A DNA stretch of 26,103 nucleotides from an uncultured Anaerolineaceae bacterium (lineage in GTDB: Bacteria; Chloroflexota; Anaerolineae; Anaerolineales; Anaerolineaceae): NCBI GenBank assembly GCA_964444335.1, contig CAYUGV010000005.1, forward strand, positions 1 to 26,103. Reading direction: 5' to 3'. Both the position numbers and the translations under genes were made by a program. The notes beneath the pieces were generated by a model. That model was not told the DNA's origin and searched no databases. It saw only the letters and a program-made list of their open reading frames with translations. Shown piece by piece: positions 15,884 through 24,937 of the stretch (positions are counted from its first letter, which is position 1; the number at the start of each line of letters is the position of its first letter).

Positions 15884-16612
15884 ATGAGTGATTGGATTGA
15901 ATTAACCGAGAAACATCTTGGAATTACGCTGTCTGACTTACAGCGGTTCCAGTTCCAGGTTGTGCAGGAAGAATTGTTGTTATGGAACGAAAAAATCAAC
16001 TTGACAGCGATCAAGGACATTAAAGGAATCCAGGAAAAACACTTTTTTGATTCTCTTACCTGCTTCATGGGTTTTGAAGAGTGGCCTGAGAGTATGATTG
16101 ATGTGGGCAGTGGGGCTGGATTCCCTGGATTACCGGTCAAGATCGTCAACCCGCAAATGCGGTTGACACTGGTGGAATCCGTCGATAAGAAGGCCAATTT
16201 CTGCCGTCACATCGTAGAGGAATTAGGTCTGACGGATGTTACCGTGCTCTCAAAGCGCGCTGAAGAAGTGGGGCGGTTGCCTGAGCACCGTGAAGCTTAT
16301 GATATCGCCATCGCGCGCGCGGTTGCTCCAGCACCAACCCTGGCGGAGTATCTTTTGCCTTTGGTCAAAGTGGGCGGACGTTGCCTGATGCAGAAGGGAA
16401 CAAGAGGTCCGGAAGAGGTAATACAGGCTGGCAGAATCGTTGACCTTTGCGGCGGTGAGATCAGTGACCTGTTTCACCTGGACTTTGAAGGCATCGAAGG
16501 TGAAGGCAACCTGATCATTATCGATAAGCTTCGCCAAACACCCGACGTATTTCCCCGGGCCGTCGGCATTCCTGCCAAGAAACCAATCCTTACTTTTAAG
16601 GGCTGGAAGTAA
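15884..16612 (+). CDS. rsmG: 16S rRNA m7G527 methyltransferase RsmG (GidB), 242 aa
   Basis: WNEKINLTAI, HFFDSL, IDVGSGAGFPG.P, L.ES..KK..F, RAE, ARAVA, P.VFPR..GIP.K.P. Start reassigned to MSDWIEL. Confidence 0.96.
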   Translation: MSDWIELTEKHLGITLSDLQRFQFQVVQEELLLWNEKINLTAIKDIKGIQEKHFFDSLTCFMGFEEWPESMIDVGSGAGFPGLPVKIVNPQMRLTLVESVDKKANFCRHIVEELGLTDVTVLSKRAEEVGRLPEHREAYDIAIARAVAPAPTLAEYLLPLVKVGGRCLMQKGTRGPEEVIQAGRIVDLCGGEISDLFHLDFEGIEGEGNLIIIDKLRQTPDVFPRAVGIPAKKPILTFKGWK

Positions 16613-16657
16613 CCAGTCGCATCCAATTGGGTTAATTTCTACTAAACAGATCAGCTT

Positions 16658-17674
16658 ATGAAAACAGAGATTACATTCTTTTGTGAATTACGCGCCGAAG
16701 CGTTGAAAAAACTATTCGAAGACCGCTTCGTTTTCGACGACTTGAAGACGCTTAACGCCGGCCTCTCGCTGGGAATACTGGATCTTTCCCCCGAGCGCGC
16801 GAATGTTATCAAAAAACTCAATCGGCTCGACATTCCAGTGACTGCCTGGCTGCTGTTGCCAGAGGAACAGGGTTACTGGTTCAATCTTGGCAACTACACT
16901 GAGGCTGCGGCGCGCTACCAGGAGTTCAAAGCCTGGAGTGAGCAAAACCAGCTGCAGTGGGCTGCGGTGGGGTTGGATATTGAAGCCGATATCAACGAGA
17001 TGAAGGAATTTGCCAATGAACGCGGAGCGGTCATTCAAAAAGCCCTCAAACGGCTGAGAGATACCAAAGCCTATCGAACTGCAAAAACAGCGTACACAGC
17101 GTTGGTCGCGCAGATCCATGCCGATGGATACATGGTGGAAAGTTATCACTTTCCACTGATCGAGGATGATCGGGATGCCGGATCTACGGTTGTTCAGCGA
17201 GCCGCCGGGTTGGTGGATGTGGCTGTTGATCGGGAAGTGCTGATGTTGTATTCGAGCTTCTTTAGACCACATGGGCATTCGATTTTGTGGAGCTACGCTC
17301 AAAAAGCCCAGGCAATCGGGATTGGCAATACCGGTGGCGGCATCCAGGCTGGCGCTCTTGAGAATGTGCCCTATTTGACTTGGGATGAATTCGCGACCGA
17401 CCTGCGCCTGGCACGCCGCAGCGGCAAGCCGATTTATGTTTTTAGCCTTGAAGGCTGTGTTAAACAAGGGTTTTTGCCACGCCTGGTCACTTTTGACTGG
17501 CAGGCAGAGGTCGATTTGCCCACGACCGCGTTGGTGTCTGCCGGCAGGAGTAGTCTGCATGGGTTGCTTTGGTTACTGGAGCGACCAATTGTGATCCTGG
17601 CAGGATTAGTGGGTGTGATTGGCACCCTGATGATGATCAAATCTCACGGAAAATCAAAGAAAAACGAAAAATAG
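16658..17674 (+). CDS. Hypothetical protein, alternating beta/alpha (TIM-barrel/glycoside-hydrolase-like) with C-terminal TM anchor
   Basis: Periodic beta/alpha pattern, AVGLDIE acidic motif, MLYSS, IYVFSLEG. C-terminal IVILAGLVGVIGTLMMI is followed by a Lys-rich tail. Confidence 0.7.
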   Translation: MKTEITFFCELRAEALKKLFEDRFVFDDLKTLNAGLSLGILDLSPERANVIKKLNRLDIPVTAWLLLPEEQGYWFNLGNYTEAAARYQEFKAWSEQNQLQWAAVGLDIEADINEMKEFANERGAVIQKALKRLRDTKAYRTAKTAYTALVAQIHADGYMVESYHFPLIEDDRDAGSTVVQRAAGLVDVAVDREVLMLYSSFFRPHGHSILWSYAQKAQAIGIGNTGGGIQAGALENVPYLTWDEFATDLRLARRSGKPIYVFSLEGCVKQGFLPRLVTFDWQAEVDLPTTALVSAGRSSLHGLLWLLERPIVILAGLVGVIGTLMMIKSHGKSKKNEK

Positions 17675-17740
17675 TTGCTTTTTGGAAGACCATATGGTCA
17701 AATTCCTCGCGCGGCCTGGAGACCGGCGAGAACTTTTAGG

Positions 17741-18568
17741 TTAGCTGAAGCTTTCCAATAACTTCGCCCACTCTGCGACGCTCAGAGTTTCAGCGCGGCG
17801 TGAAGGCTGGATGGCTGCTTTAAGCAACATGGCTTCGACCTCACCAGTTGACAGGCCTAACCCTGCTGAAAGCGAATTACGCAGCGTCTTACGTTTTTGT
17901 CCGAAACCCGCGTGCGCCAGCTTGAAAAACTGATCCAATTTCGCCGCAGGGATGAGCGGCTCGGGATGCAGGCGAATGCGCAACACCGCGGAATCCACAT
18001 CCGGCGCGGGGAAGAAGCTGCCAGCCGGGATAATGCCCGCGATCTCCGGCTCGCCGAACACAAACACCGAAAGTGAAAGCAGGCTCATCTTGCCGTCGCG
18101 TGCCACGATGCGCTGCGCGACCTCCTTTTGGATGGTCAGGATCACACGCGAAGGCTTGAGAGTCGCTTCGAGCAGGTGGCGGATGATGGCGGAAGTGATG
18201 TAGTAGGGGATATTCGCCACCACCACGTAGTTTTCCTGCTTAACGAGATTGGCAGGGTCGAGTTCAAGGATATCTCCGGGAACAATCCGAACATTCGAAA
18301 AAGACTTTAAAGCTTCTGCGAGCGGCTCAAGCATACACCTGTCAATTTCAACGGCTGTGACAAATGCGCTATTTTGCGCGAGCAGGTAAGTGAGGCTGCC
18401 CAAGCCCGCGCCAATCTCAAGCACTTCTTCGCTGCCAGTAAGTACAGCGGCGTTGATCACTTTCATCAGACCAGCAGGTTCGACCAGGAAGTTTTGCCCC
18501 AGGGACTTCTTGGGCTGGATGCCGTAGCGTTTCAACAGAGGTTGGATGTTCAGAAATTCAGGGCTCAT
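17741..18568 (-). CDS. rsmA: 16S rRNA dimethyladenosine transferase RsmA (KsgA), 275 aa
   Basis: PKKSLGQNFL, VLEIGAGLGSLT, VEID, GDIL, VVANIPY.ITS, IQKEVA.R, F.PAP.VDSAV, F.QKRKTLRNSL, RRAETLS. Start reassigned to the ATG at 18568 (ATGA overlap). Confidence 0.97.
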   Translation of the reverse strand: MSPEFLNIQPLLKRYGIQPKKSLGQNFLVEPAGLMKVINAAVLTGSEEVLEIGAGLGSLTYLLAQNSAFVTAVEIDRCMLEPLAEALKSFSNVRIVPGDILELDPANLVKQENYVVVANIPYYITSAIIRHLLEATLKPSRVILTIQKEVAQRIVARDGKMSLLSLSVFVFGEPEIAGIIPAGSFFPAPDVDSAVLRIRLHPEPLIPAAKLDQFFKLAHAGFGQKRKTLRNSLSAGLGLSTGEVEAMLLKAAIQPSRRAETLSVAEWAKLLESFS

Positions 18569-19944
18569 GGCAATATCGCTGCAACGTAGGCTGGCACTGG
18601 GGTGAGGAAGTAAATTACAGTCCAATCGTGCCAGGGGACGTAGTTTTCATCATCATACCCCAGGTCGATCCAGTACCTGCCTGGAATTCCGTAACCCGAA
18701 TCAGCGATGATGCCATGCCCATAACCGGGCACGTAGACCGGCTGCATTTCCAGTCCGTTGTACCAGGAGGCCGCTACCGCTATGATACCCTTTGTCAGAG
18801 GGATGCCAGAGCGTGTTTGCGCACCGTAGCTGAACTCGGATGGGTGGTAGGAGGTGGCATAAACGCTGACCTTGCGCCAGTATTCAAGCGTTTGCCCGTC
18901 CACCACCTCGGTTTTGACCACCACCTTGGTGCCCCAGCCTAACACTGCGTCGGCTGGATCGGAAGCTTTCCAAGGACCTTCATCCTTGGTGTATACCACC
19001 ACACCGTTTTCAAGGCGGCTTCGCTGGCGCGAGATAACCAAACCAAGTTGACCGGGAGTGACCACCGAGGTTGTGTCCAGTTCGGCTTCAGGGTCAAGCT
19101 GATAAGAATAACTGAAAGTGCTCTCATCCTTAACCAGCGAGATACTTTCCGTGCCCTTAATGAGCGTGATCTGGCCGTTGTCTGGCAATGGTTGGTCCTC
19201 TGGTGGGATGGTGCGGTCAAGGTTTTGAAGGGAAATGCCAAGCTCCGCCAAAGCTTCACCCACCGTGGGTGCAGCAGACATCCCGTTGACTACTTGATTG
19301 CCGATCATGATCACAATTCTTCGGGCTTTGGCAAGTGTGAAGGCGTTTTGGGCTTGGAGCAAAATGTTTGGTGAAGCGGATAGTCGGTCCTCGGGTTGTA
19401 ATTGGATTCCGGCTTCAAGAAGCGCTTCAGCCAGGGTTTCTTTTTGTGTGAATAGCACCCGGGGTTCGCCGCCAACATCCAATGTGAGCTGCTTTGCGGG
19501 GAGGAATTGCAGGCTGACCTCCGCGCCGATGGGTAATGGCGCGTATGGATCGATGATCATGCCGTCCTGCATCACTAAATCTTTCGGGAAGAGGCGTATC
19601 CCGGCTTGTTGCAGCAGATTAGCAGGTACAAGCTCCGCGCTTTGCAGCGTGACTTTCTCGCCGTTGTTTTCAATCTCCACCAAGCGGGCACGCTGAAGGC
19701 TCAGTTGGCTGGGTAAGTTGAAAGTGAAAGTGTCCGGATCAATCGAGGCGCGGTCGCCAGGTTCCAGTTCGTATTGGAGCTGGCGCAATAATCCACGGAA
19801 GGTGAAGGCGATGGCTTGCACGCGCAGGGTCTGCCCGTCGACCACGAGTCGGTAAGGATGCCAAAGGTGAGCAAACATCAATCCAAGCCCGCTCAGTGCG
19901 AGGGCAATACTCAGGAAAACCAACATCATTCGTTGTTTAGTCAT
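18565..19944 (-). CDS. YabE/RpfB-like cell-wall protein: N-terminal TM, four DUF348 (ubiquitin-like) repeats, G5, 3D lytic domain
   Basis: Repeats of type 'V..dG....v.t...Tv.eaL..aGI.l...D', a G5-like TPGQLG...ENG...GTK segment, and C-terminal ATSY...T.SG....G.IAV...VYVPGYG....DSG......IDL. Coupled to rsmA as in the yabE/rpfB-ksgA loci. Confidence 0.88.
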   Translation of the reverse strand: MTKQRMMLVFLSIALALSGLGLMFAHLWHPYRLVVDGQTLRVQAIAFTFRGLLRQLQYELEPGDRASIDPDTFTFNLPSQLSLQRARLVEIENNGEKVTLQSAELVPANLLQQAGIRLFPKDLVMQDGMIIDPYAPLPIGAEVSLQFLPAKQLTLDVGGEPRVLFTQKETLAEALLEAGIQLQPEDRLSASPNILLQAQNAFTLAKARRIVIMIGNQVVNGMSAAPTVGEALAELGISLQNLDRTIPPEDQPLPDNGQITLIKGTESISLVKDESTFSYSYQLDPEAELDTTSVVTPGQLGLVISRQRSRLENGVVVYTKDEGPWKASDPADAVLGWGTKVVVKTEVVDGQTLEYWRKVSVYATSYHPSEFSYGAQTRSGIPLTKGIIAVAASWYNGLEMQPVYVPGYGHGIIADSGYGIPGRYWIDLGYDDENYVPWHDWTVIYFLTPVPAYVAAILP

Positions 19945-19993
19945 GATTTCTTAAATGTATCACAGGCTTGAAAAACGTCAGCCCGGGGTACAC

Positions 19994-22900
19994 CTACGCC
20001 GGTGTCAAATCCAATTTCTGGATTTTTTGCAGGATTGTCAAAAGTCGGGCTTTCCATTCATCCTTGCTCAAATCAGTGATGTTAACCCAATAGCCGTTTT
20101 TTCCAGCCCGCACGTTCGGGTCAATATCCGGTAAGCCGCGGTCTTTTATGCCATTGGGCAGGGCAGGGTAAGAAAGCAGCACCTGGTTATTGTTGATACT
20201 GACGGAATCGATCCCGGCAGCTTCTCCGCGTAACTTGACCTTCATCTGGTAGAGCAGGTCCAGCACTCCCTGGGGGATCGGACCAAACCGATCGGCAAAC
20301 TCGATCTCGGTTTGAGCGATTTCAGTTTCGCTGCGCAGAGAAGCGATCCTTCGGTAAAGCTTGAGCCGCAGTTCCTGGTCGGGGATGTAGCTGGCTGGGA
20401 TCTCGCTTGAAAGCGGCAGTTCGACGTTGATATTGAGGCTCGGGGCTTCAACGGCAGGTTCTACTGGCAGCCCTGAATCGCTGCGCATAGCCTTCACAGC
20501 CTGGCCGAGCAACTTGGTGTAGAGGTGAAAACCAACGGCAGCGATATAGCCTGATTGGCGTGTGCCCAGCAAGTCGCCTGCGCCGCGCATTTCCAGGTCG
20601 CGCATGGCGATGGCATAGCCCGCGCCGAGTTGGGAGTTGTCCGCCAGGACTTCCAGGCGTTCCTCACCCTCCGGGGTGGGGGCGCGACGTTTATCGCGGA
20701 AGAGATAGGCAAATGCCCGCTGTGCGCCGCGTCCGACCCGACCGCGCAATTGGTAGAGCTGCGCGAGCCCGAAAGTATCAGCCCGGTCGATGATCAGGGT
20801 GTTGGCGTTGGGAATATCCAGCCCGGATTCGATGATCGAAGTGCACAAAAGCACGTCAATCTGCCCGCCGGTAAACTGCTGCATCACCTCAGCCAGCTGC
20901 TCTTCGGGCAGCCTGCCGTGCCCGATGCCAATACGGGCTTCGGGTACGAGGGTGGAGAGGTGGTTATAGACCGCCGGAATGGAGTGAATGCGATTGTGGA
21001 CAAAGAAAACCTGTCCGCCGCGGTCCAGTTCGCGCACGATCGCTTCGCGCACCAGTTTTTGATCATACGGCCCGACGTGGGTGATGATCGGCAGTCGTTC
21101 CTCGGGCGGTGAGTTGATATTGGAAATATCCCGAACGCCGCTGAGCGCCATGTAAAGCGTGCGAGGGATGGGAGTGGCAGTGAGGGTGAGCACATCCACC
21201 TCGGAACGGAGCTTTTTGAGGTGCTCTTTGTGGGTCACGCCAAAGCGCTGTTCTTCATCGATCACGACCAGCCCCAGGTCCTTGAACTTGACATCCGCTG
21301 AGAGGATGCGATGCGTGCCAATCAGGATGTCCACCTGCTTTTCAGCCGTCAGGCGGATGATCTCATCCTGGGCTTTGTTCGATCGGAAGCGGGAGAGCAT
21401 TTCAACGGTGACCGGGAAGACGGAGAGGCGCTGGCGGAAGGTTTCGTAGTGCTGCTGCGCGAGAACAGTGGTCGGCACCAACACCGCCACCTGTTTGCCA
21501 TTTGTCACCGCTTTGAAGGCGGCGCGCAAAGCCACTTCGGTTTTGCCATATCCCACATCGCCGCAGAGCAACCTGTCCATCGGACGTTTGGCTTCCATGT
21601 CGGCTTTGACCTGCTGGATGGCAAGCAGTTGATCCGGGGTTTCAATGTAAGGAAACGAGGCTTCCAGTTCTTTTTGCCAGTCGTTGTCCGGTTCAAAGGC
21701 ATATCCCTCAGCGGTCTGGCGCTTGGCGTAGAGCTCAAGCAGATCCTGCGCCACTTCCACCACGGCATGACGAACACGGCTTTTGGTCAGATCCCAATCG
21801 GCGCCGCCAAGACGGCTGAGGCTGGGAGGACCACTTTCGGGTCCAATGTAGCGGGTGATGCGGTCCGCCTGGTGAATTGGCACGTAAAGGACGTCGTTAT
21901 CTTTATACGCAATCGAAAGATATTCGCGCTGAACACCATCGATATTTGGGGTGTGGAGCCCGATGAACTTGCCGATGCCGTGATCCACGTGAACCACCCA
22001 GTCTCCCGGTTTGAGGTCCGCATAGACCGTCTCAGGAACATCGGCGTTGAACATGGGGCGCCGGCGGGGTTGCGGGCGGCTCCAGCCGAAAATTTCACTA
22101 TCGGAAAGCAGGTGCTGCTGGATTGCACCTTGCTTTAGAACCCAACCGCCTGAGATGGAGCCCTCAATAAAATGGTGTAGTGTAGCTTTCTCGTTTACTT
22201 CAGGATGGGTCTCTGTCCAAAGCTGCTTCAAGCGGGCAGCCTGCCGGGATACCACTGTCCAGGGAATGGCTTCATTATCGAGGGTCTCAATGTGGTACTG
22301 GTACTCCTTGAGACGACCGGCAAAACGTGGACCTGGTCCAAAATCCGCGGAGAGTGAGGATCCGCCTTCGGCGTTCGTGTGACCAAGCTCGAGCATTTGA
22401 TGCTGGCTGAGGCTGTCAGCTAATTCAGACCAGGTCAAATACGGAACAGGTGCATTCTCAGCCAGCGCATGGCTGGCAATTTGGTTTGCCCGGCGTTCAG
22501 TGGACTCTTCTTCGATATCATTGGCAGCCGCTTCAATGAATTCCTCACCGTCCAGTAAGACCAGGGCTTCCTTGGGAAGGAAGTCAATCAGGCTGGATGG
22601 AAAGCGGTAGAGCTCAGCGATTTGCAGTTCGGTCGGCTGGTAGGGCAACTCTCCCTCATCTGGCTGGTTGAGAATGAGCGCTTCAGATGCCGGGAAAAGA
22701 ACTGTTTGATCGAGCTTTTCAGTGGTACGTTGGGTGGTTGGGTCAAACAGCCGCAAAGTGTCGATCTCGGGACCAAAAAACTCGATTCGAACCGGCCATG
22801 GGCTGGAATGCGACCATGCATCCAAAATGCCGCCACGGCGGGAGAATTGACCCGGACGGACGACGATGTTGCTGTATTCATAGCCCAGCCTGACGAGATT

Positions 22901-23416
22901 GGCGCTGGTTTCCACCAGGTCGCGCTGCTCGGCCAGGCGAATGCGCAAGGTATGCTTCAGGAAGTCCCGCCGTGGAATGGTGCGGGTCATCGCTGCGCGA
23001 ATGGGGGCGATCACGACCGAATGGCTCTGGGGGGTGACAGCGCCTGGCAACCAATAACGGCTGAATTCCGTCAGCACGCGCAGACGGTCGTGGCGTGTGC
23101 CTTCGGACCAAGGCAGATCTTCGTAAAAAGAAGGATTGGGCTCAGCAAAGTAGAGATTGGTGCCTTCCGGCAGCCAAAATCCCAGTTCGTCAAAGAGCGA
23201 TAGTGCCCTATCCGCTCGATTTGTGAGCAAGAGGATGGGCTTATCGAGGTCGTGGTGCAAGGCAGCCAAAAGCGCCAGGCGAACTGCGCGTGGCAATCCC
23301 AAGCCGCGCAGGCTGCCGCCGGTGTAATCGCCTTCCTGGAGCCTAAGGAGCAAATCCTGATACGCAGTCAGACTCGAAAGCGGTGCGAGCAGCGGATGAT
23401 CAGCCGACTTCCCCAT
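19994..23416 (-). CDS. mfd: Transcription-repair coupling factor Mfd (1140 aa)
   Basis: UvrB-like N-terminus (GQFSRRGGILD), RID (GD.VVHVDHGIG.F), GDVGYGKTEVA, DEEQRFGV, TATPIPRTL, QLYQLRGRVGR, RDLEMRGAGDLLG.RQSG, C-terminal TRCF domain. Confidence 0.98.
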   Translation of the reverse strand: MGKSADHPLLAPLSSLTAYQDLLLRLQEGDYTGGSLRGLGLPRAVRLALLAALHHDLDKPILLLTNRADRALSLFDELGFWLPEGTNLYFAEPNPSFYEDLPWSEGTRHDRLRVLTEFSRYWLPGAVTPQSHSVVIAPIRAAMTRTIPRRDFLKHTLRIRLAEQRDLVETSANLVRLGYEYSNIVVRPGQFSRRGGILDAWSHSSPWPVRIEFFGPEIDTLRLFDPTTQRTTEKLDQTVLFPASEALILNQPDEGELPYQPTELQIAELYRFPSSLIDFLPKEALVLLDGEEFIEAAANDIEEESTERRANQIASHALAENAPVPYLTWSELADSLSQHQMLELGHTNAEGGSSLSADFGPGPRFAGRLKEYQYHIETLDNEAIPWTVVSRQAARLKQLWTETHPEVNEKATLHHFIEGSISGGWVLKQGAIQQHLLSDSEIFGWSRPQPRRRPMFNADVPETVYADLKPGDWVVHVDHGIGKFIGLHTPNIDGVQREYLSIAYKDNDVLYVPIHQADRITRYIGPESGPPSLSRLGGADWDLTKSRVRHAVVEVAQDLLELYAKRQTAEGYAFEPDNDWQKELEASFPYIETPDQLLAIQQVKADMEAKRPMDRLLCGDVGYGKTEVALRAAFKAVTNGKQVAVLVPTTVLAQQHYETFRQRLSVFPVTVEMLSRFRSNKAQDEIIRLTAEKQVDILIGTHRILSADVKFKDLGLVVIDEEQRFGVTHKEHLKKLRSEVDVLTLTATPIPRTLYMALSGVRDISNINSPPEERLPIITHVGPYDQKLVREAIVRELDRGGQVFFVHNRIHSIPAVYNHLSTLVPEARIGIGHGRLPEEQLAEVMQQFTGGQIDVLLCTSIIESGLDIPNANTLIIDRADTFGLAQLYQLRGRVGRGAQRAFAYLFRDKRRAPTPEGEERLEVLADNSQLGAGYAIAMRDLEMRGAGDLLGTRQSGYIAAVGFHLYTKLLGQAVKAMRSDSGLPVEPAVEAPSLNINVELPLSSEIPASYIPDQELRLKLYRRIASLRSETEIAQTEIEFADRFGPIPQGVLDLLYQMKVKLRGEAAGIDSVSINNNQVLLSYPALPNGIKDRGLPDIDPNVRAGKNGYWVNITDLSKDEWKARLLTILQKIQKLDLTPA

Positions 23417-23993
23417 TGTATTTGTTCATGGTTTTTGTAAGACCTTCATTGATGAAGGTTTGGCAAGCTTCGATGGCTGTCTGCAACACTATCTTCAGCA
23501 GTTCGTTTTCAGATGGCAAGAAATCTTTTAACACGTAGTCCACCGGGTCCATCTGCCCTGGTGGCCGGCCGATCCCCAAACGCATACGGGGGAAATCCTG
23601 TGTGCCCAGCTGGGTGATGATGGATGCCATGCCGCGCTGCCCGGAGGTGCCACCGGTGGGACGCAAGCGTAACATGCCTAAGGGAAGGTCGAGATCGTCA
23701 TGGATGACCAGGAGGTTGGAGAGTGGAAGTTTGAAAAAACGCAGCAACGGAGCAACAGCCCGTCCGGATTCATTCATGAAAGTCATCGGTTTGACAAGTA
23801 CAACCTTGTTCTCGCCAAATCTGCCCTCGCCGATCATAGCTTTGAACTTCAGGCGTTTCACTGGAATATTAAAGGCATCAGCTAATTCGTCGATCACCAG
23901 GAAGCCAAAATTGTGACGGGTATGGCGATAGGCCGGCCCCGGGTTGCCCAGTCCGACGATCATTACCGGAAAATCCTTGTTGATGTCTTCCAT
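23400..23993 (-). CDS. pth: Peptidyl-tRNA hydrolase
   Basis: IVGLGNPG..Y..TRHNFGF, KP.TFMN.SG, V.HDDLDLP.G..R....G...G.RG..SI, R.R.GIGRP, DYVL. Confidence 0.97.
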   Translation of the reverse strand: MEDINKDFPVMIVGLGNPGPAYRHTRHNFGFLVIDELADAFNIPVKRLKFKAMIGEGRFGENKVVLVKPMTFMNESGRAVAPLLRFFKLPLSNLLVIHDDLDLPLGMLRLRPTGGTSGQRGMASIITQLGTQDFPRMRLGIGRPPGQMDPVDYVLKDFLPSENELLKIVLQTAIEACQTFINEGLTKTMNKYNGEVG

Positions 23994-24018
23994 ATTCCCT
24001 CTGCTTTCGCAATCTTAT

Positions 24019-24027
24019 ATTTTAACA
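24019..24027 (-). promoter_or_regulatory. Extended -10 promoter (TGnTAAAAT) of the pth-mfd operon
   Basis: TGTTAAAAT lies 25 nt upstream of the pth ATG, with GAGGG SD in between. Confidence 0.5.
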
Positions 24028-24143
24028 CGGAAACTCTTCGGACAACCACAATTTAGATGTTTCAGAATGGGGTTGGAACGTAAAGCTAAATTGGTGAATT
24101 GGTGACCGAAACAAGCATTACCGACCCGAGAAGCATAAACACA

Positions 24144-24167
24144 ACAGACCGCTCAAGAGCGGTCTGT
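24144..24167 (-). terminator. Intrinsic terminator downstream of the 24187-24774 gene
   Basis: Perfect inverted repeat ACAGACCGCTC-aa-GAGCGGTCTGT, followed on the minus strand by TGTGTTT, about 20 nt after the stop. Confidence 0.75.
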
Positions 24168-24186
24168 CGATTGCTAAATTTTGAAG

Positions 24187-24774
24187 TTAGATAAACAAAG
24201 CCGGCAGGAATGAAACCGTGTCCTTGAACACTGCCCAAATGCTGCCACCAAAGATTATGATCGGGCAAAGGATGCAAAGGCACAGCACGAGCAGGACGAG
24301 CAGGATGATTGCCCAAACCGGGAATTTTTCCTTCTTGTCAGGGTTCGCGGGAGGGGTTGCAACGTAATCAACCACCTTGGGGGCTTCTTCAGCTTTTGGC
24401 GCTTCGGCTGGTGCGGGTTCTTCTGCTCCGGGAGTATAAAGATTGTCATTCCAGCGACCGGGATCGTCGGCGTCTTTGGTTACTGCTGCGCCCCAGCGGT
24501 CGGCTTCTGGCTGAGGAGGAACAGGGGTTTGAGGTGTTTCAGGTGTGCTCCATGTTTCGGCAGAAGCCTTGTGAAATTCATCTTTCACTTCGCTCCAATC
24601 GCTCTGCACGGTTTCTGCGGCTTGGGCAACTTGCTCCTGGGCGGCTTCATGAACTTCTTCGATGGGGAATTGCACCTGCTCCGCAGACTCTTCCACAGGT
24701 TTCCAGGCATTTTCAGCAGCATCGTTCACTTTATCTTCGAACTCCTGAGCTGCATTTTCAAGGTTTTCGTCCAT
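24187..24774 (-). CDS. Acidic low-complexity protein with Cys-rich C-terminal membrane anchor (195 aa)
   Basis: About 150 aa rich in E/A/Q/P, then KKEK and AIILLVLLVLCLCILCPIIIFGG. SD AAAGGA, TATAAT at 24819-24824 (minus) and its own terminator. Confidence 0.75.
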   Translation of the reverse strand: MDENLENAAQEFEDKVNDAAENAWKPVEESAEQVQFPIEEVHEAAQEQVAQAAETVQSDWSEVKDEFHKASAETWSTPETPQTPVPPQPEADRWGAAVTKDADDPGRWNDNLYTPGAEEPAPAEAPKAEEAPKVVDYVATPPANPDKKEKFPVWAIILLVLLVLCLCILCPIIIFGGSIWAVFKDTVSFLPALFI

Positions 24775-24937
24775 TTTTTATCCTTTCACAACAGGTCCAT
24801 TCGAAACTTACAGGATTAATTATACAACATCCAGGGGCACTGAAAAGGTGAAGGTTATCCGTGAACAGCAGGTTGTTTTTTTGCATGATACTCCAGAGGT
24901 CAATTTAGTTATAATTGGATAAGAAAGTGAGGTAATA

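Noticed and set aside
16712-17560. 282-aa minus-strand ORF
   Set aside because: It is fully antisense to the 338-aa gene, has no recognisable motif or SD, and such shadows are common at this GC content.
17688-17699. 12-bp perfect palindrome GACCATATGGTC between convergent genes
   Set aside because: It has no loop or U-tract, occurs once, and is not upstream of a start, so chance cannot be excluded.
20555-23203. Several long plus-strand ORFs (185, 275, 193 aa) opposite mfd
   Set aside because: They are antisense shadows of a highly conserved gene caused by codon bias.
593-23402. Selenocysteine readthrough at TGA stops (593, 3277, 3873, 5509, 6931, 9962, 18565, 23400), prompted by selB
   Set aside because: Each TGA lies at the expected C-terminus of a complete-looking protein and most overlap or abut the next start. 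No truncated redox motif or evident SECIS follows.
23994-24186. Possible tRNA-Sec, other tRNA or ncRNA in the longest intergenic region; TTGGTGA tandem at about 24090-24105
   Set aside because: There is no TPsiC arm or cloverleaf. The region is partly explained by a terminator and the pth promoter, and a two-copy 7-mer is not significant.
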